A stretch of 64,000 bases of DNA from Lysobacter sp. GTDB taxonomy: Bacteria; Pseudomonadota; Gammaproteobacteria; Xanthomonadales; Xanthomonadaceae. The first letter of the stretch is position 1; each line of letters begins with the position of its first letter. This document shows positions 12,222-21,775 of this stretch, in pieces. A program made the translations under genes and the position numbers. The DNA is taken from positions 1,388 through 65,387 of the forward strand of contig DASQMI010000069.1 in the NCBI GenBank assembly GCA_035645555.1. Reading direction: 5' to 3'. Under the pieces are notes generated by a model. It was not told where the DNA came from and ran no database searches. It saw only the letters and a list, made by a program, of their open reading frames with translations.

Positions 12222-12786
12222 CGGATGTGCTCCCGGCGGACCGGCGTCCCGGCAGCATGCGGCGCAGGGTGTCGTCCTGCAGGAACAGGTGGTGGTAGAA
12301 CGCCGCCCCCGCGTGCGCCACCGCCAGCACGATCAGCAGCCAGAACGCGTTCTCGTGGAACGCCTCGGCACGCTCGTGCAGCGCTTCGTCGGTGGCGGTG
12401 AGCGCCGGCAGGTCGATCAGGCCGAACCACTGCAGCGGGAAGCCGGCGCTGGAATTGATCACCCAGCCGCTCAGCGGCAGTGCGAACAGCAGCACATACA
12501 GCGCCGCGTGGGTGACCTGCGCCGCGCGGCGCTGCAGCGGCGGCATCCCGGCCAGCGGGCGCGGCGCGCCCGCGAACAGCCGCCATCCCAGCCGCAGCGT
12601 CGCCAGCGCCAGGACGGTCAGCCCGAGCGACTTGTGCAGCGCGTACACGCGCACCTTGGTGGCGCCGGCGGGCAGCTCGACCATGGTCAGCCCGAGCACC
12701 GCCATCGTCACGATCAGCACCACGATCAGCCAGTGCAGCAGTTGGCTGACCGGTCCCCAGCGATCCTCGGCGTTCTTCCAGCTCAC
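12211..12786 (-). CDS. Cytochrome b561 (YceJ-like)
   Basis: GTG start VSWKNAEDRWGPVSQLLHWL; LHKSLG; H-x-x-LY; AHAGAAFYHH; overlaps both flanking yceI genes. Confidence 0.92.
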   Translation of the reverse strand: MSWKNAEDRWGPVSQLLHWLIVVLIVTMAVLGLTMVELPAGATKVRVYALHKSLGLTVLALATLRLGWRLFAGAPRPLAGMPPLQRRAAQVTHAALYVLLFALPLSGWVINSSAGFPLQWFGLIDLPALTATDEALHERAEAFHENAFWLLIVLAVAHAGAAFYHHLFLQDDTLRRMLPGRRSAGSTSDAP

Positions 12787-13406
12787 GGCGTGTCCCCTTC
12801 CCGGTCGGCGGCGCGGTCGCGCACCGCTTCGGCTTCGATGCGCAGCTCCACACCATGCCCGATCACGCTCGACCATGCATCGATGCCGAAGTCGCGGCGG
12901 TCCAGCGTGGCGGTGGCCGAGAACCCGGCGGTGCGCCGGAACGGCGGCAGCGGATGGCGCTTGTAGGCGTTGAACACCACGTCCAGGCATAGCGGGCGGG
13001 TCACCCCGTGCAGGGTGAGTTCGCCGCACACGCGCGCGGTGCGCGCATCGTGCGGCTCGACCGTGGTGGAGACGAAGCGCGCTTCCGGGTAGCGCGCGGC
13101 ATCGAGGAAGCTGCGCCCGAGCGTGGCGCGGTTCCAGTCCGGATCGCCGAGGTCGAGCCGCTCGATCGGAATGCGCACGTCGAGCTCGGCGCCGGTCCAG
13201 TCCACGCCGTCGTCGAGCGGCGCGAAGCGTACCCGCCCGGTGCTGCCGGACACCGTGCCGAGCGCCTTCGAGAAACCGGCGTGGTCGATCGCGAACAGCA
13301 CGCGGGTGTGCGCGGGGTCGAGCGCGAACGTCAGCGGCTCCGCCGCCACCGCGAGCGGCGGCACGGCGAGCAGCAGAAGGCAGGCGAGGCTCAGGACGGC
13401 GGTCAT
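12783..13406 (-). CDS. YceI family protein
   Basis: Signal peptide; LDPAHTRVLFAIDHAGFS; GELTLHGVTRP; LDRRDFGI. Confidence 0.92.
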   Translation of the reverse strand: MTAVLSLACLLLLAVPPLAVAAEPLTFALDPAHTRVLFAIDHAGFSKALGTVSGSTGRVRFAPLDDGVDWTGAELDVRIPIERLDLGDPDWNRATLGRSFLDAARYPEARFVSTTVEPHDARTARVCGELTLHGVTRPLCLDVVFNAYKRHPLPPFRRTAGFSATATLDRRDFGIDAWSSVIGHGVELRIEAEAVRDRAADREGDTP

Positions 13407-13532
13407 GGCCCGATTCTAGGCGCGCCGCGCCGCGGTCCGGTGAGCGGCGCGACGTCGGCACCGGCGCTTGCCGGGCGCGCGCCGATGCCCCAGCCTGTGC
13501 GCCGCGCGGGAAGGCCAAGGGGAGGCGAGCGC

Positions 13533-16500
13533 ATGCGCATGAGGCGGAGCGGAGGAGGATGGGCGGTCCTGCTGGTGCTGTGGCTGACGTCGGCGACCGC
13601 GGCGGTGCCGGAGCGACCGAGCCCGCGCCGGATCGGCGTCGACGAGGGGTTGCCGTCGAACACCGTCAACGGCATCGCCGAGGACCGCCAGGGATACGTG
13701 TGGTTCGCCACCACCGACGGCCTTGCGCGCTACGACGGCGTCGGCATGCGCGTGTGGCGCCACGCGCCCGGCGATCCGGCCGCGCTGCCCGGCAACTCGC
13801 ACGTCACCGCGGTGCACGTCGATCGCCGCGACCGCGTGTGGGTCGCGCTCGAAGGGCGCGGGCTCGCGATGCTCGATACCGCGCGCCGCCGCTTCACCCA
13901 CTACCACCGTGGCGCGCGTCCGGAGATGGGCAGCGACGACGTGTTCGCGCTCGCAAGCGATGGCGATGCGATCTGGTTCGGCACCTACGACGGCGGTCTG
14001 CACCGGCTCGACGCGCACGGCCGCATCACCCGCTTCATGCCGCGCGAGAGCGATCCGCGCAGCCTGCCGTCGGAGACGGTGGTGTCGCTCGCGTTCGATG
14101 CGCGGGGCCAGCTGTGGGTAGGCACGCTCGCCGGGCTGGCGCGCTGGACCGGGCGCGACTTCGAACGCGTCGCGCTGCCCGGCGATCAGCCCGCGCCGCT
14201 GGTCTATTCGGTGACGGCGATCGGCGACGCGCTGTGGGTCGGCGCCGCCACCGGCGTGTTTCGCCGCGAACGCGACGGCCGCTGGCAGCGGCCGGCGTGG
14301 TCGCCGATGTTCGAGCGTCCGAATGCGGTGATGGCGCTGGTCGCCGATGGCGACGGCGGCTACTGGATCGGCAGCCAGCGCGAGGTCTGGCGGGTTCCGC
14401 GCGACGGCGTGCCGGTGCCGCTCGGCAGCGGCGTTCCGCGCCCGGTGCTGCAGATGCTGCGGCAGTCCGACGGCGCGCTGTGGTTCCCGATCAGCGGCGC
14501 CGGCGTGGGCTACCTGAGGCCGGACTGGAAGCGGCTGGCGGCGTATGCGCCCGGTTTCGCCGGCAGCGACAAGACGCGCTATTACGCCGCTGCGCCGGCG
14601 GCGGCCGGCGGCGTGTGGCTGGCCGGAATGCGCAGCGAGGTGTTCCGGCTCGATCCGGCCGGCGCGGTGCATGCGCTGCCGGAGCGAGTGGCGGCCGCAC
14701 TGGAGGGCCGGCGCTTCTACGCGGCGCATGAGGATCCCGATGGGCGCCTTTGGCTGGGCGCGTTCGGCGAGCTGATCCGCATCGATCGCGACGGTGCGCT
14801 GCGGCAGTGGGGCGACAGCGGCGCCGAGGCTGCGCTGCCGGGGCAGATGGTGCAGATCGCCAGTGCCCCCGACGGCACGCTATGGACCGCCAGCAGCGAC
14901 GGCGGATTGCAGCAGCGCGATGCGGCGAGCGGCCGCGTGCTGCTGACGATCACGCCCGAGTCCGGGCATGGGCTCGCGCGGGCGGATTTCGAGGCGCTGC
15001 GGATCGGTCCGGACGGCGGGCCGTGGATCGCCACCGACGCCGGTCTCCTGCGCTGGAACGCGACCGCGCGGCGGCTGGAACCGGTGCCCGGACTTCCGGC
15101 CGGCGAGCGCGTGCATGCGTTCGCCTTCGACGGCGCCGACGCGCTGTGGCTGCACCGGCTGTCCGGACTGGCGCGTTATCGCCGTGACGGCGCCCGCTGG
15201 CGGCAGCTCGCGCACGTCGGCGAAGCTCAGGGGCTGCCGGCGCTGGAAGGCGCGGCAGTGGCGGTGGACCGCCATGCGCGGGTGTGGCTGAGCACGCAGC
15301 GCGGCCTGTTCCGCTGGGACCCGCGCGCACGGCACGTGCGCCGCTTCGGCATCCAGGACGGCCTGAGCAGCCAGGAATTCATCGACCGTGTGCTGGTGCT
15401 GGACGCGCACGGAGTGCTGACCGCACCGCTGGAGGACGGCGGACTGGCGCAGCTGGACACCGCGTTCGCCGATCCGCCGCCGCGCACCCCGCAGCTGGTG
15501 TGGGACGCGGTCGACGTGCGCCGCGCGGGCCGCTGGCAGCCGCTGCCGCTCGCCGGCGGGCTCGCGCTGGCGCCGGACGAGCGCGAGCTGCGCGTGCAGC
15601 TGCGCCTGCTGTCGTACGAGGACCCGGCCAGCAACCGCTATTCGACCTGGCTGGTGGGCTACGACGGCGGCTGGACCGCATACGGCACCAGCGGCGAGCG
15701 CGTGCTGGCCAACCTGCCGCCCGGCGAGTACCTGCTGCGCGCACGCGCGATCGATGCCACCGGCGATCTCGCCGCCGAGCGGTCGCTGCGCTTCACCGTG
15801 CGGCCGCCGTGGTGGCGCACGCCGGCGGCGCTGGTCGCGTTCGCGCTGACCGCGCTGCTCGCCGTCGCCTGGGCCGCGCGCGCCTACCGCCTCCGCGTGC
15901 AGCGGCGCATCGCCTGGCTGCAGGCGCAGCGCGAGCGCGAGCTGGCGCGGCAGGCGTCGCTCGCCAAGACGCGCTTCCTCGCCACGCTCGGCCACGAGGT
16001 GCGTACGCCGATGACCGGTGTGCTCGGCATGAGCGAGCTGCTGCTCGCCACGGCGCTGGATGGGCAGCAGCGCCGCTACGCCGAGTCGATTCGCCGCGCC
16101 GGCGAACACCTGCTGCGGCTGGTCAACGACGCGCTCGATCTCGCGCGCATCGAATCCGGCAAGCTCGAACTCGCCGAGGCACCGTTCGATACGCGCGCGC
16201 TGGTCGAAGAGGTGAGCGCGCTGATGGCGCCGCTGGCGCAGCGCAAGGGGCTGGCGTTTCGGGTCGAGGTCGAGCCCGCGGTGCCGGCCGGCCTGTGCGG
16301 CGACCGCAGCCGGGTGTGCCAGATCCTGCTCAACCTGCTCGGCAACGCGGTCAAGTTCACCGAGCGCGGCGAGGTGCGGTTGAAGGTGGACGCGCTCGCC
16401 ACCGGCGTGCGGCTGCAGGTGTGCGATACCGGTCCGGGCCTGAACGAGGAGCAGAAATCGCGGCTGTTCCGCCGCTTCGAACAGGCCGACGGCGCGCGCA

Positions 16501-17072
16501 CGGCCGCGCGCTACGGCGGCAGCGGACTCGGGCTTGCGATCTGCCAGGAGCTCGCCGCCGCGATGGGCGGACGCATCGAAGTCGACAGCACGCCGGGCGT
16601 AGGCACCTGCTTCCGCGTCGAGCTGCCGTTGCCCGCCGTCGAGGTGCCGGCGCCGCCGGCACCGACGTCGGTGGCCGCGCCGAGCGGCGCGCGCACTCTG
16701 CTGCTGGTGGAGGACGACGCGACCGTCGCCGAAGTCGTCGCCGGCCTGCTGCGCGCGCAGGGCCACGCGGTCGTGCATGCGCCGCACGGGCTGGCCGCGC
16801 TCGCCGAGCTCGCGCTGCGCCGGTTCGATGCGGGCCTGCTCGACCTCGACCTGCCCGGGCTGGACGGCTTCGCGCTCGCCGCGCAGCTGCGCGCGCACGG
16901 TTTCGACGCGCCGCTGGTGGCGATCACCGCGCGTGCCGACGCCGAGGTCGAAGCGCAGGTGCGCGCGGCGGGTTTCGACGGCTTCCTGCGCAAGCCGCTG
17001 ACTGGCGCGATGCTCGCCGAGGCCGTGGACGCGCTGTGTGCGGCTGCGCGGGCGCGGCCGGCGCCGGCGTGA
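13533..17072 (+). CDS. Hybrid sensor histidine kinase/response regulator with propeller and Y_Y_Y periplasmic domains
   Basis: ATG 13533 after GGAGG; GLPSNTVNGIAEDRQGYVWFATTDGLARYDG blades; LANLPPGEYLLR; TM; LGHEVRTPM (HisKA); NLLGNAVKFT, DTGPG, GGSGLGL; C-terminal REC (LLLVEDD, LLDLDLPG, KP). Confidence 0.94.
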   Translation: MRMRRSGGGWAVLLVLWLTSATAAVPERPSPRRIGVDEGLPSNTVNGIAEDRQGYVWFATTDGLARYDGVGMRVWRHAPGDPAALPGNSHVTAVHVDRRDRVWVALEGRGLAMLDTARRRFTHYHRGARPEMGSDDVFALASDGDAIWFGTYDGGLHRLDAHGRITRFMPRESDPRSLPSETVVSLAFDARGQLWVGTLAGLARWTGRDFERVALPGDQPAPLVYSVTAIGDALWVGAATGVFRRERDGRWQRPAWSPMFERPNAVMALVADGDGGYWIGSQREVWRVPRDGVPVPLGSGVPRPVLQMLRQSDGALWFPISGAGVGYLRPDWKRLAAYAPGFAGSDKTRYYAAAPAAAGGVWLAGMRSEVFRLDPAGAVHALPERVAAALEGRRFYAAHEDPDGRLWLGAFGELIRIDRDGALRQWGDSGAEAALPGQMVQIASAPDGTLWTASSDGGLQQRDAASGRVLLTITPESGHGLARADFEALRIGPDGGPWIATDAGLLRWNATARRLEPVPGLPAGERVHAFAFDGADALWLHRLSGLARYRRDGARWRQLAHVGEAQGLPALEGAAVAVDRHARVWLSTQRGLFRWDPRARHVRRFGIQDGLSSQEFIDRVLVLDAHGVLTAPLEDGGLAQLDTAFADPPPRTPQLVWDAVDVRRAGRWQPLPLAGGLALAPDERELRVQLRLLSYEDPASNRYSTWLVGYDGGWTAYGTSGERVLANLPPGEYLLRARAIDATGDLAAERSLRFTVRPPWWRTPAALVAFALTALLAVAWAARAYRLRVQRRIAWLQAQRERELARQASLAKTRFLATLGHEVRTPMTGVLGMSELLLATALDGQQRRYAESIRRAGEHLLRLVNDALDLARIESGKLELAEAPFDTRALVEEVSALMAPLAQRKGLAFRVEVEPAVPAGLCGDRSRVCQILLNLLGNAVKFTERGEVRLKVDALATGVRLQVCDTGPGLNEEQKSRLFRRFEQADGARTAARYGGSGLGLAICQELAAAMGGRIEVDSTPGVGTCFRVELPLPAVEVPAPPAPTSVAAPSGARTLLLVEDDATVAEVVAGLLRAQGHAVVHAPHGLAALAELALRRFDAGLLDLDLPGLDGFALAAQLRAHGFDAPLVAITARADAEVEAQVRAAGFDGFLRKPLTGAMLAEAVDALCAAARARPAPA

Positions 17073-17075
17073 GCG

Positions 17076-18149
17076 CTAGCGCGCGCTGAGCTCGTGCACC
17101 GCCGCCACCAGCGCGGCGACGTGCTCGGGCTTCATATCCGGCGACAGGCCGTGGCCGAGGTTGAACACGTGGCCGTCGCGCGAACCGCCGTTGCCGGCGG
17201 CGTAGTCGTCGAGCAGGCGGCCGACCTCGCGGCCGATCGCCTCCGGCTGCGCGTACAGCACCGCCGGATCGAGGTTGCCCTGGATCGCCACCCGCCCGCC
17301 GGCGCGGCGCGCGGCCTCGCCGATGCCGATGGTCCAGTCGACACCGACCGCGTCGGCGCCGCTGGCCGCCAGTTCCTCGACGTAAGCGCCGTTGCCCTTG
17401 CCGAACAGGATCAGCGGCACGCGCGCGTCGCCGTCGCCGCGCGGCAGCTCGGCGGCAATGCGTTGCAGATAGCGCAGCGAAAACTCACGGTACATCGTCG
17501 GCGACAGCACGCCGCCCCAGGTGTCGAACACCTGCAGCGCCTGCGCGCCGGCCTGACGCTGCGCGTCGAGGTAGGCGATCACCGCGTCGGTCACGACGTC
17601 GAGCAGCCGGTGCATCGCGGCCGGCTCGTTGAGTGCCAGCGACTTCACCATCGCGAAGTTGTCGCTGCCGCCGCCCTCGACCATGTAGCAGGCGATCGTC
17701 CACGGGCTGCCGGAGAAGCCGATCAACGGCACGCGGCCGTCGAGCTCGCGGCGGATCAGGCTGACCGCGTCGGTGACGTAGCGCAGCTCGCGGCCGACGT
17801 CCGGCACGGCGAGCTTGGCGATGTCGGCGGCGCTGCGCACCGGGCGCTCGAACTTCGGGCCTTCGCCTTCGGCGAAGTACAGCCCCAGGCCCATCGCGTC
17901 CGGCACGGTGAGGATGTCGGAGAACAGGATCGCCGCGTCCAGCGGGAACCGCTCCAGTGGCTGCAGGGTCACCTCGCAGGCCAGCTCGGGGTTCTTCGCC
18001 ATTGCCAGGAAGCTGCCGGCGCGCGCGCGGGTGGCGCGGTATTCCGGCAGGTAGCGCCCGGCCTGGCGCATCAGCCAGACCGGCGTGCGGTCCACGGGTT
18101 CGCGGCGCAGCGCGCGCAGGAAGCGGTCGTTCTTCAACGGTGCGGTCAT
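17076..18149 (-). CDS. hemE: Uroporphyrinogen decarboxylase
   Basis: [15 protein letters not shown]; AAILFSDIL; QGNLDP; HVFNLGHG. Confidence 0.97.
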   Translation of the reverse strand: MTAPLKNDRFLRALRREPVDRTPVWLMRQAGRYLPEYRATRARAGSFLAMAKNPELACEVTLQPLERFPLDAAILFSDILTVPDAMGLGLYFAEGEGPKFERPVRSAADIAKLAVPDVGRELRYVTDAVSLIRRELDGRVPLIGFSGSPWTIACYMVEGGGSDNFAMVKSLALNEPAAMHRLLDVVTDAVIAYLDAQRQAGAQALQVFDTWGGVLSPTMYREFSLRYLQRIAAELPRGDGDARVPLILFGKGNGAYVEELAASGADAVGVDWTIGIGEAARRAGGRVAIQGNLDPAVLYAQPEAIGREVGRLLDDYAAGNGGSRDGHVFNLGHGLSPDMKPEHVAALVAAVHELSAR

Positions 18150-18186
18150 CGGAGTCCTGGGCGCACGGCGCCGGTTGGCGTGCGGG

Positions 18187-18441
18187 CTATTTCGGCGCTT
18201 CCGCGCCCTGCACGAACATCAGCTGGAAGCCGCGCTTGAGCTGCGCATCGCGCGCCTTCTCGAACGCCGCGAACGCGGCGTCGCGGTCGAGGAACTGCTC
18301 GCGCTTGAGCGTGCTGCGGCCGCCGACCTGGCCGGATTCGCGCACGAGCGTCCAGCCGCCGAGCAGGTCCGGCTGCAGCATCAGCTGGACGTAGCGCGGC
18401 GGCTCGCGGCCTTCCGGTCGTTGTTGCAGGAACAAGCGCAT
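18187..18441 (-). CDS. Stand-alone WGR-domain protein
   Basis: 84 aa; [27 protein letters not shown] pattern typical of small WGR/MolR-like proteins; TACAAT hexamer 9 nt upstream. Confidence 0.8.
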   Translation of the reverse strand: MRLFLQQRPEGREPPRYVQLMLQPDLLGGWTLVRESGQVGGRSTLKREQFLDRDAAFAAFEKARDAQLKRGFQLMFVQGAEAPK

Positions 18442-18504
18442 GGGACGCGCATTGTACGGGCTGGTGCCTCCCGGCCGCGATTTGGCGCGGACCGCACGCC
18501 TGGA

Positions 18505-18635
18505 CGGCTTCAGCCGCGATTCCCGCGGCGGCTTGTAGGAGCGGCTTTAGCCGCGACCTCAAGCCCCAATCCCGTAGGAGCGGCTTCAGCCGCGACCCGT
18601 GGCCCGCATCTCGGTAGGAGCGGCTTCAGCCGCGA
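18505..18635 (+). repeat. Array of GTAG-type REP elements in direct orientation
   Basis: GTAGGAGCGGCTT(T/C)AGCCGCGA at 18535-18556, 18574-18595 and 18614-18635, plus a 5'-truncated copy at 18505-18519; internal GCGGCT/AGCCGC palindrome. Confidence 0.88.
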
Positions 18636-18670
18636 TCGCATTGCCCCCAATGCATGACCGCCTCCGGCGG

Positions 18671-19759
18671 TCAGGCCAGCACCGCGAGCACGTCGGCATC
18701 GGCCACGCCCGACACGACCCGGCCTGCGCCCGCGCCGTCCCACAGCACGAAGCGCAGCCCGTGCGCTGCGGCTTTCTTGTCCAGCCGCATACGCGCGAGC
18801 AGCGCCTGCGGATCGAGCCCGGCCGGCCGCGCGGTCGGCAGGCCGAAGCGGGTCAGCAGCGCCTGCAGGCGCTGCGCGTCGGCGTCCGCGGCGAGCCCGA
18901 GCCGTGCCGACAGCCGCGCCGCCAGCACCATGCCGACCGCGACGGCCTCGCCGTGGTTCAAGCCGGCACCGTAGCCCTGCTCGGCCTCGATCGCGTGGCC
19001 GAACGTGTGGCCGAAGTTGAGCAGTGCGCGCTCGCCGTGTTCGTGCGGATCGCGCGCCACCACCTCGGCCTTGTAGCGGCAGCTGCGCGCGATCGCCTCG
19101 GCGAGCGCGCCGTCGTCGCGCGCGAGCAGCGCGTCGGCGTGGTGCTCGAGCCAGTCGAGGAAGTGGCGGTCGAACACCGCGCCGTACTTCACCACTTCGG
19201 CGAGCCCGGCGCGCAGTTCGCGGTCGGGCAGGGTGCGCAGCGTCGTGGTGTCGGCAAACACCGCGCGCGGCGGATGGAACGCGCCGACCAGGTTCTTGCC
19301 GGCCGGCAGGTCGATCGCGGTCTTGCCGCCGACCGCGGAATCGACCATCGCCAGCAGCGTGGTCGGCAGCTGCACGCAGTCGATGCCGCGCATCCAGCAC
19401 GCGGCGGCGAACCCGGCGAGATCGCCGACCACGCCGCCGCCGAGGGCGAACACCGCCGCGTCGCGGGTGGCGCCGAGGTGCGCGAGCGCGTCGAGGCATT
19501 CGCCGAAGCGGGCGAGCGTCTTCTCGTACTCGCCGGGCGGCAGGGTGAAGCGGCCGATCGCGAGGTCGCCGCGCGCCGAACGCAGCGCGTGCTCGACGCG
19601 CTCGGCGTACAGCGGCGCGACGTTGCGGTCGCTCGCGATCAGCACGTGGCGCCCGCGCAGCACGGCTGCGAGGCGCGCGCCATCGTCGAGCAGCCCCGGA
19701 CCGATCATCACCGCATACGGCGCTTCGCCATCGACGTGAACGGTATGCAGCGTGCTCAT
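18671..19759 (-). CDS. aroB: 3-dehydroquinate synthase
   Basis: [21 protein letters not shown]; [16 protein letters not shown]; [13 protein letters not shown]; HGEAVA. Confidence 0.97.
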   Translation of the reverse strand: MSTLHTVHVDGEAPYAVMIGPGLLDDGARLAAVLRGRHVLIASDRNVAPLYAERVEHALRSARGDLAIGRFTLPPGEYEKTLARFGECLDALAHLGATRDAAVFALGGGVVGDLAGFAAACWMRGIDCVQLPTTLLAMVDSAVGGKTAIDLPAGKNLVGAFHPPRAVFADTTTLRTLPDRELRAGLAEVVKYGAVFDRHFLDWLEHHADALLARDDGALAEAIARSCRYKAEVVARDPHEHGERALLNFGHTFGHAIEAEQGYGAGLNHGEAVAVGMVLAARLSARLGLAADADAQRLQALLTRFGLPTARPAGLDPQALLARMRLDKKAAAHGLRFVLWDGAGAGRVVSGVADADVLAVLA

Positions 19760-20298
19760 GCGGCCGCCTCGTCGCGGCGCCACACCTGCGCCAATACCTC
19801 GGCCAGCGCGGCCGCGGCATCGCCGGCATTCATCCGGCCGGTGTCGAAGCGGAGATCCGCCACCTCGGCGTACAGCGGCGCGCGCACCGCGGCGAGTTCG
19901 CGCAGCACTTGTTCGCGGTCGCCGCGGGCGAGCAGCGGGCGGTTGCGGTCGCGCGCCAGCCGCTCCAGCTGCTGCTCGATCTCCACGTGCAGGTACACCA
20001 CGAAGCCGCGCGCGCGCAGCAGCGCGCGGGTGCCAGCATCCAGCACCGCGCCGCCGCCGGTGGCGAGCGTCAGGCCGTCCTCGCGCAGCAGCTCGGCAAT
20101 CAGCGCGCGTTCGCGGGCGCGGAAGCCAGGCTCGCCTTCCAGCTCGAAGATGGTGGGGATGCTCGCGCCGGTGCGCGCTTCCAGTTCGCGGTCGGCGTCG
20201 ATGAAGCGCAGCCGGAAGCGCTCGGCCACGCGGCGACCGATGCAGCTCTTGCCGGCGCCCATCGGGCCGACCAGGATCAGGTTGCGCGCCGGATTCAT
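19756..20298 (-). CDS. aroK: Shikimate kinase
   Basis: [21 protein letters not shown]; GEPGFRARE; LATGGG; RPLL; 4-nt overlap with aroB. Confidence 0.95.
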   Translation of the reverse strand: MNPARNLILVGPMGAGKSCIGRRVAERFRLRFIDADRELEARTGASIPTIFELEGEPGFRARERALIAELLREDGLTLATGGGAVLDAGTRALLRARGFVVYLHVEIEQQLERLARDRNRPLLARGDREQVLRELAAVRAPLYAEVADLRFDTGRMNAGDAAAALAEVLAQVWRRDEAAA

Positions 20299-21152
20299 GC
20301 CGGGATTGTAGGCGCCAGCCGCGTGCTCAATGCGCCGGTGACCCCCAGCGGCGTGCGCCGCGCGTCCAGTGCGATCGTGCTGTCGGCGATCGTCGGCAGG
20401 GTTTGCAGCGCGTGCCGGCTGACCCGCTCGAACAGCTGGATGAAGCGCAGCACCTGCGGGCGCGTCATCGTCCGGCGGTCGGGATGCTGCGCCTGCAGCG
20501 TCTGCTCCTGCTGCCAGCGCCAGTCGCTGACCACCTCGAAGCCCGGCCCCTGCAGGAACGTCAGCCGGTCCAGCCGTTGCCACAGCGGCGGATACGCATC
20601 CGCGAGCGCGGCGTTGCAGTACGTGCGCCAGACGCCGTCCGGATCCTCATCGTGTTCGAGCGCGTTGACCGGCTCGTGCAGCGCCGTCGCGTCCTGCGGC
20701 GGCACCTTCTGGAACCAGCCCTCGAAGACCACCAGGTCGACGCCGCCCGCGCGCGGCCAGTCGGCCTGCGGCAGGCGCACATCGGCGATCTTGTCGAAGC
20801 GCGGCAGCGCGACCGTGCGGCCATCGCGCAGGCCGTCGAGCACTTCGCACGCCAGCGCCACCTCGTGCGTGCCGGGTGGCCCGCGAGTGGTGAGCAACGG
20901 GTGCACGTCGCGGCCCAGCGCCTGCCGCTGCGGCCGGTCGAGGTAGAAGTCGTCGATCGACAGCGCCACCGCGCGGAGGCCACGCGCGGCCGCCGCCGCC
21001 ACCAGCTGGCCGGCGAGGGTGGACTTGCCGGTGCCCTGCAGGCCGGCCAGCGCGTAGACCCGGCAGCCGTGGTCGAGCGCATCGTCGAGCAGCGCCTCGA
21101 CCAGCGGCGCGGCGTATCCGGGAGACGGGAAAGGGTGCGATGGGGAGCCCAT
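20295..21152 (-). CDS. P-loop kinase, D-glycerate 3-kinase (GLYK)-like
   Basis: GLQGTGKST; LSIDDFYL; RGPPGTH; LPRFDK; VVFEGW; WRWQQE. Confidence 0.75.
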   Translation of the reverse strand: MGSPSHPFPSPGYAAPLVEALLDDALDHGCRVYALAGLQGTGKSTLAGQLVAAAAARGLRAVALSIDDFYLDRPQRQALGRDVHPLLTTRGPPGTHEVALACEVLDGLRDGRTVALPRFDKIADVRLPQADWPRAGGVDLVVFEGWFQKVPPQDATALHEPVNALEHDEDPDGVWRTYCNAALADAYPPLWQRLDRLTFLQGPGFEVVSDWRWQQEQTLQAQHPDRRTMTRPQVLRFIQLFERVSRHALQTLPTIADSTIALDARRTPLGVTGALSTRLAPTIPA

Positions 21153-21157
21153 CCGAC

Positions 21158-21164
21158 CACAATA
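21158..21164. promoter_or_regulatory. Putative bidirectional -10 element (CACAAT on +, TATTGT on -)
   Basis: Each hexamer lies exactly 6 nt from the start codon of the gene on its strand (pdxH at 21170, kinase at 21152). Confidence 0.55.
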
Positions 21165-21169
21165 GCGGA

Positions 21170-21775
21170 ATGACCACCGCTCCCGCCCTGCTCGCCGAAG
21201 CCCTCGCCACGTTCGACCGCCTGTTCGAAGAGGCACGCGTCGCCGGCGAACCCGACCCGACCGCGATGGCGGTCGCCACCGCCGGCCTCGACGCCCGCCC
21301 GTCGGCGCGCATGGTGCTGCTGAAGGCGCACGACCCGCGCGGCTTCGTGTTCTACACCCACCTGGACGGCCGCAAGGGCCGCGAACTGCAGGCCAATCCG
21401 CACGCCGCGCTGCTGTTCCACTGGCCGCGGGTGCGCTTCGGCGTGCAGGTGCGCATCGAGGGCACGGTGGAGATCGTCGATGACGCCGAGGCCGATGCCT
21501 ACTTCGCGCTGAGGCCGCGTGGTAGCCAGCTCGGCGCGTGGGCGTCGAAGCAATCGGAGACGTTGGCGTCGCGGACCGAGTTCGAGGAACGCTACACGCA
21601 GGTCGAACGCGAGTTCGCCGGCCGCGACGTGCCGCGCCCGCCCCGCTGGACCGGGCTGCGGGTGCGCCCGGAGTGCATCGAGTTCTGGTACGGCGCGGAG
21701 TTCCGTCTGCACGAGCGCGAGGTGTACGAGGTTGACCGCGCCGGCGAGTGGCACAAGCGGATGCTCTACCCGTGA
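21170..21775 (+). CDS. pdxH: Pyridoxamine 5'-phosphate oxidase
   Basis: RMVLLK; FVFYT; QVRIEG; [19 protein letters not shown]; IEFW; RLHER. Confidence 0.95.
   Translation: MTTAPALLAEALATFDRLFEEARVAGEPDPTAMAVATAGLDARPSARMVLLKAHDPRGFVFYTHLDGRKGRELQANPHAALLFHWPRVRFGVQVRIEGTVEIVDDAEADAYFALRPRGSQLGAWASKQSETLASRTEFEERYTQVEREFAGRDVPRPPRWTGLRVRPECIEFWYGAEFRLHEREVYEVDRAGEWHKRMLYP

Noticed and set aside
13008-13532. N-terminal extension giving a 1354-aa kinase; likewise extensions in track ORFs 51171..54071, 55595..58942, 39233..40855 and 20295..22064
   Set aside because: Extensions overlap other real genes; RBS, signal peptides and family N-termini support the shorter starts used here, so these are not fusion proteins.
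18505-18635. Possible mini-CRISPR array
   Set aside because: Repeats are 22-nt GTAG-foot REP hairpins that recur as an inverted pair at 49347-49428; spacers are only 15-18 nt; no cas genes or leader.
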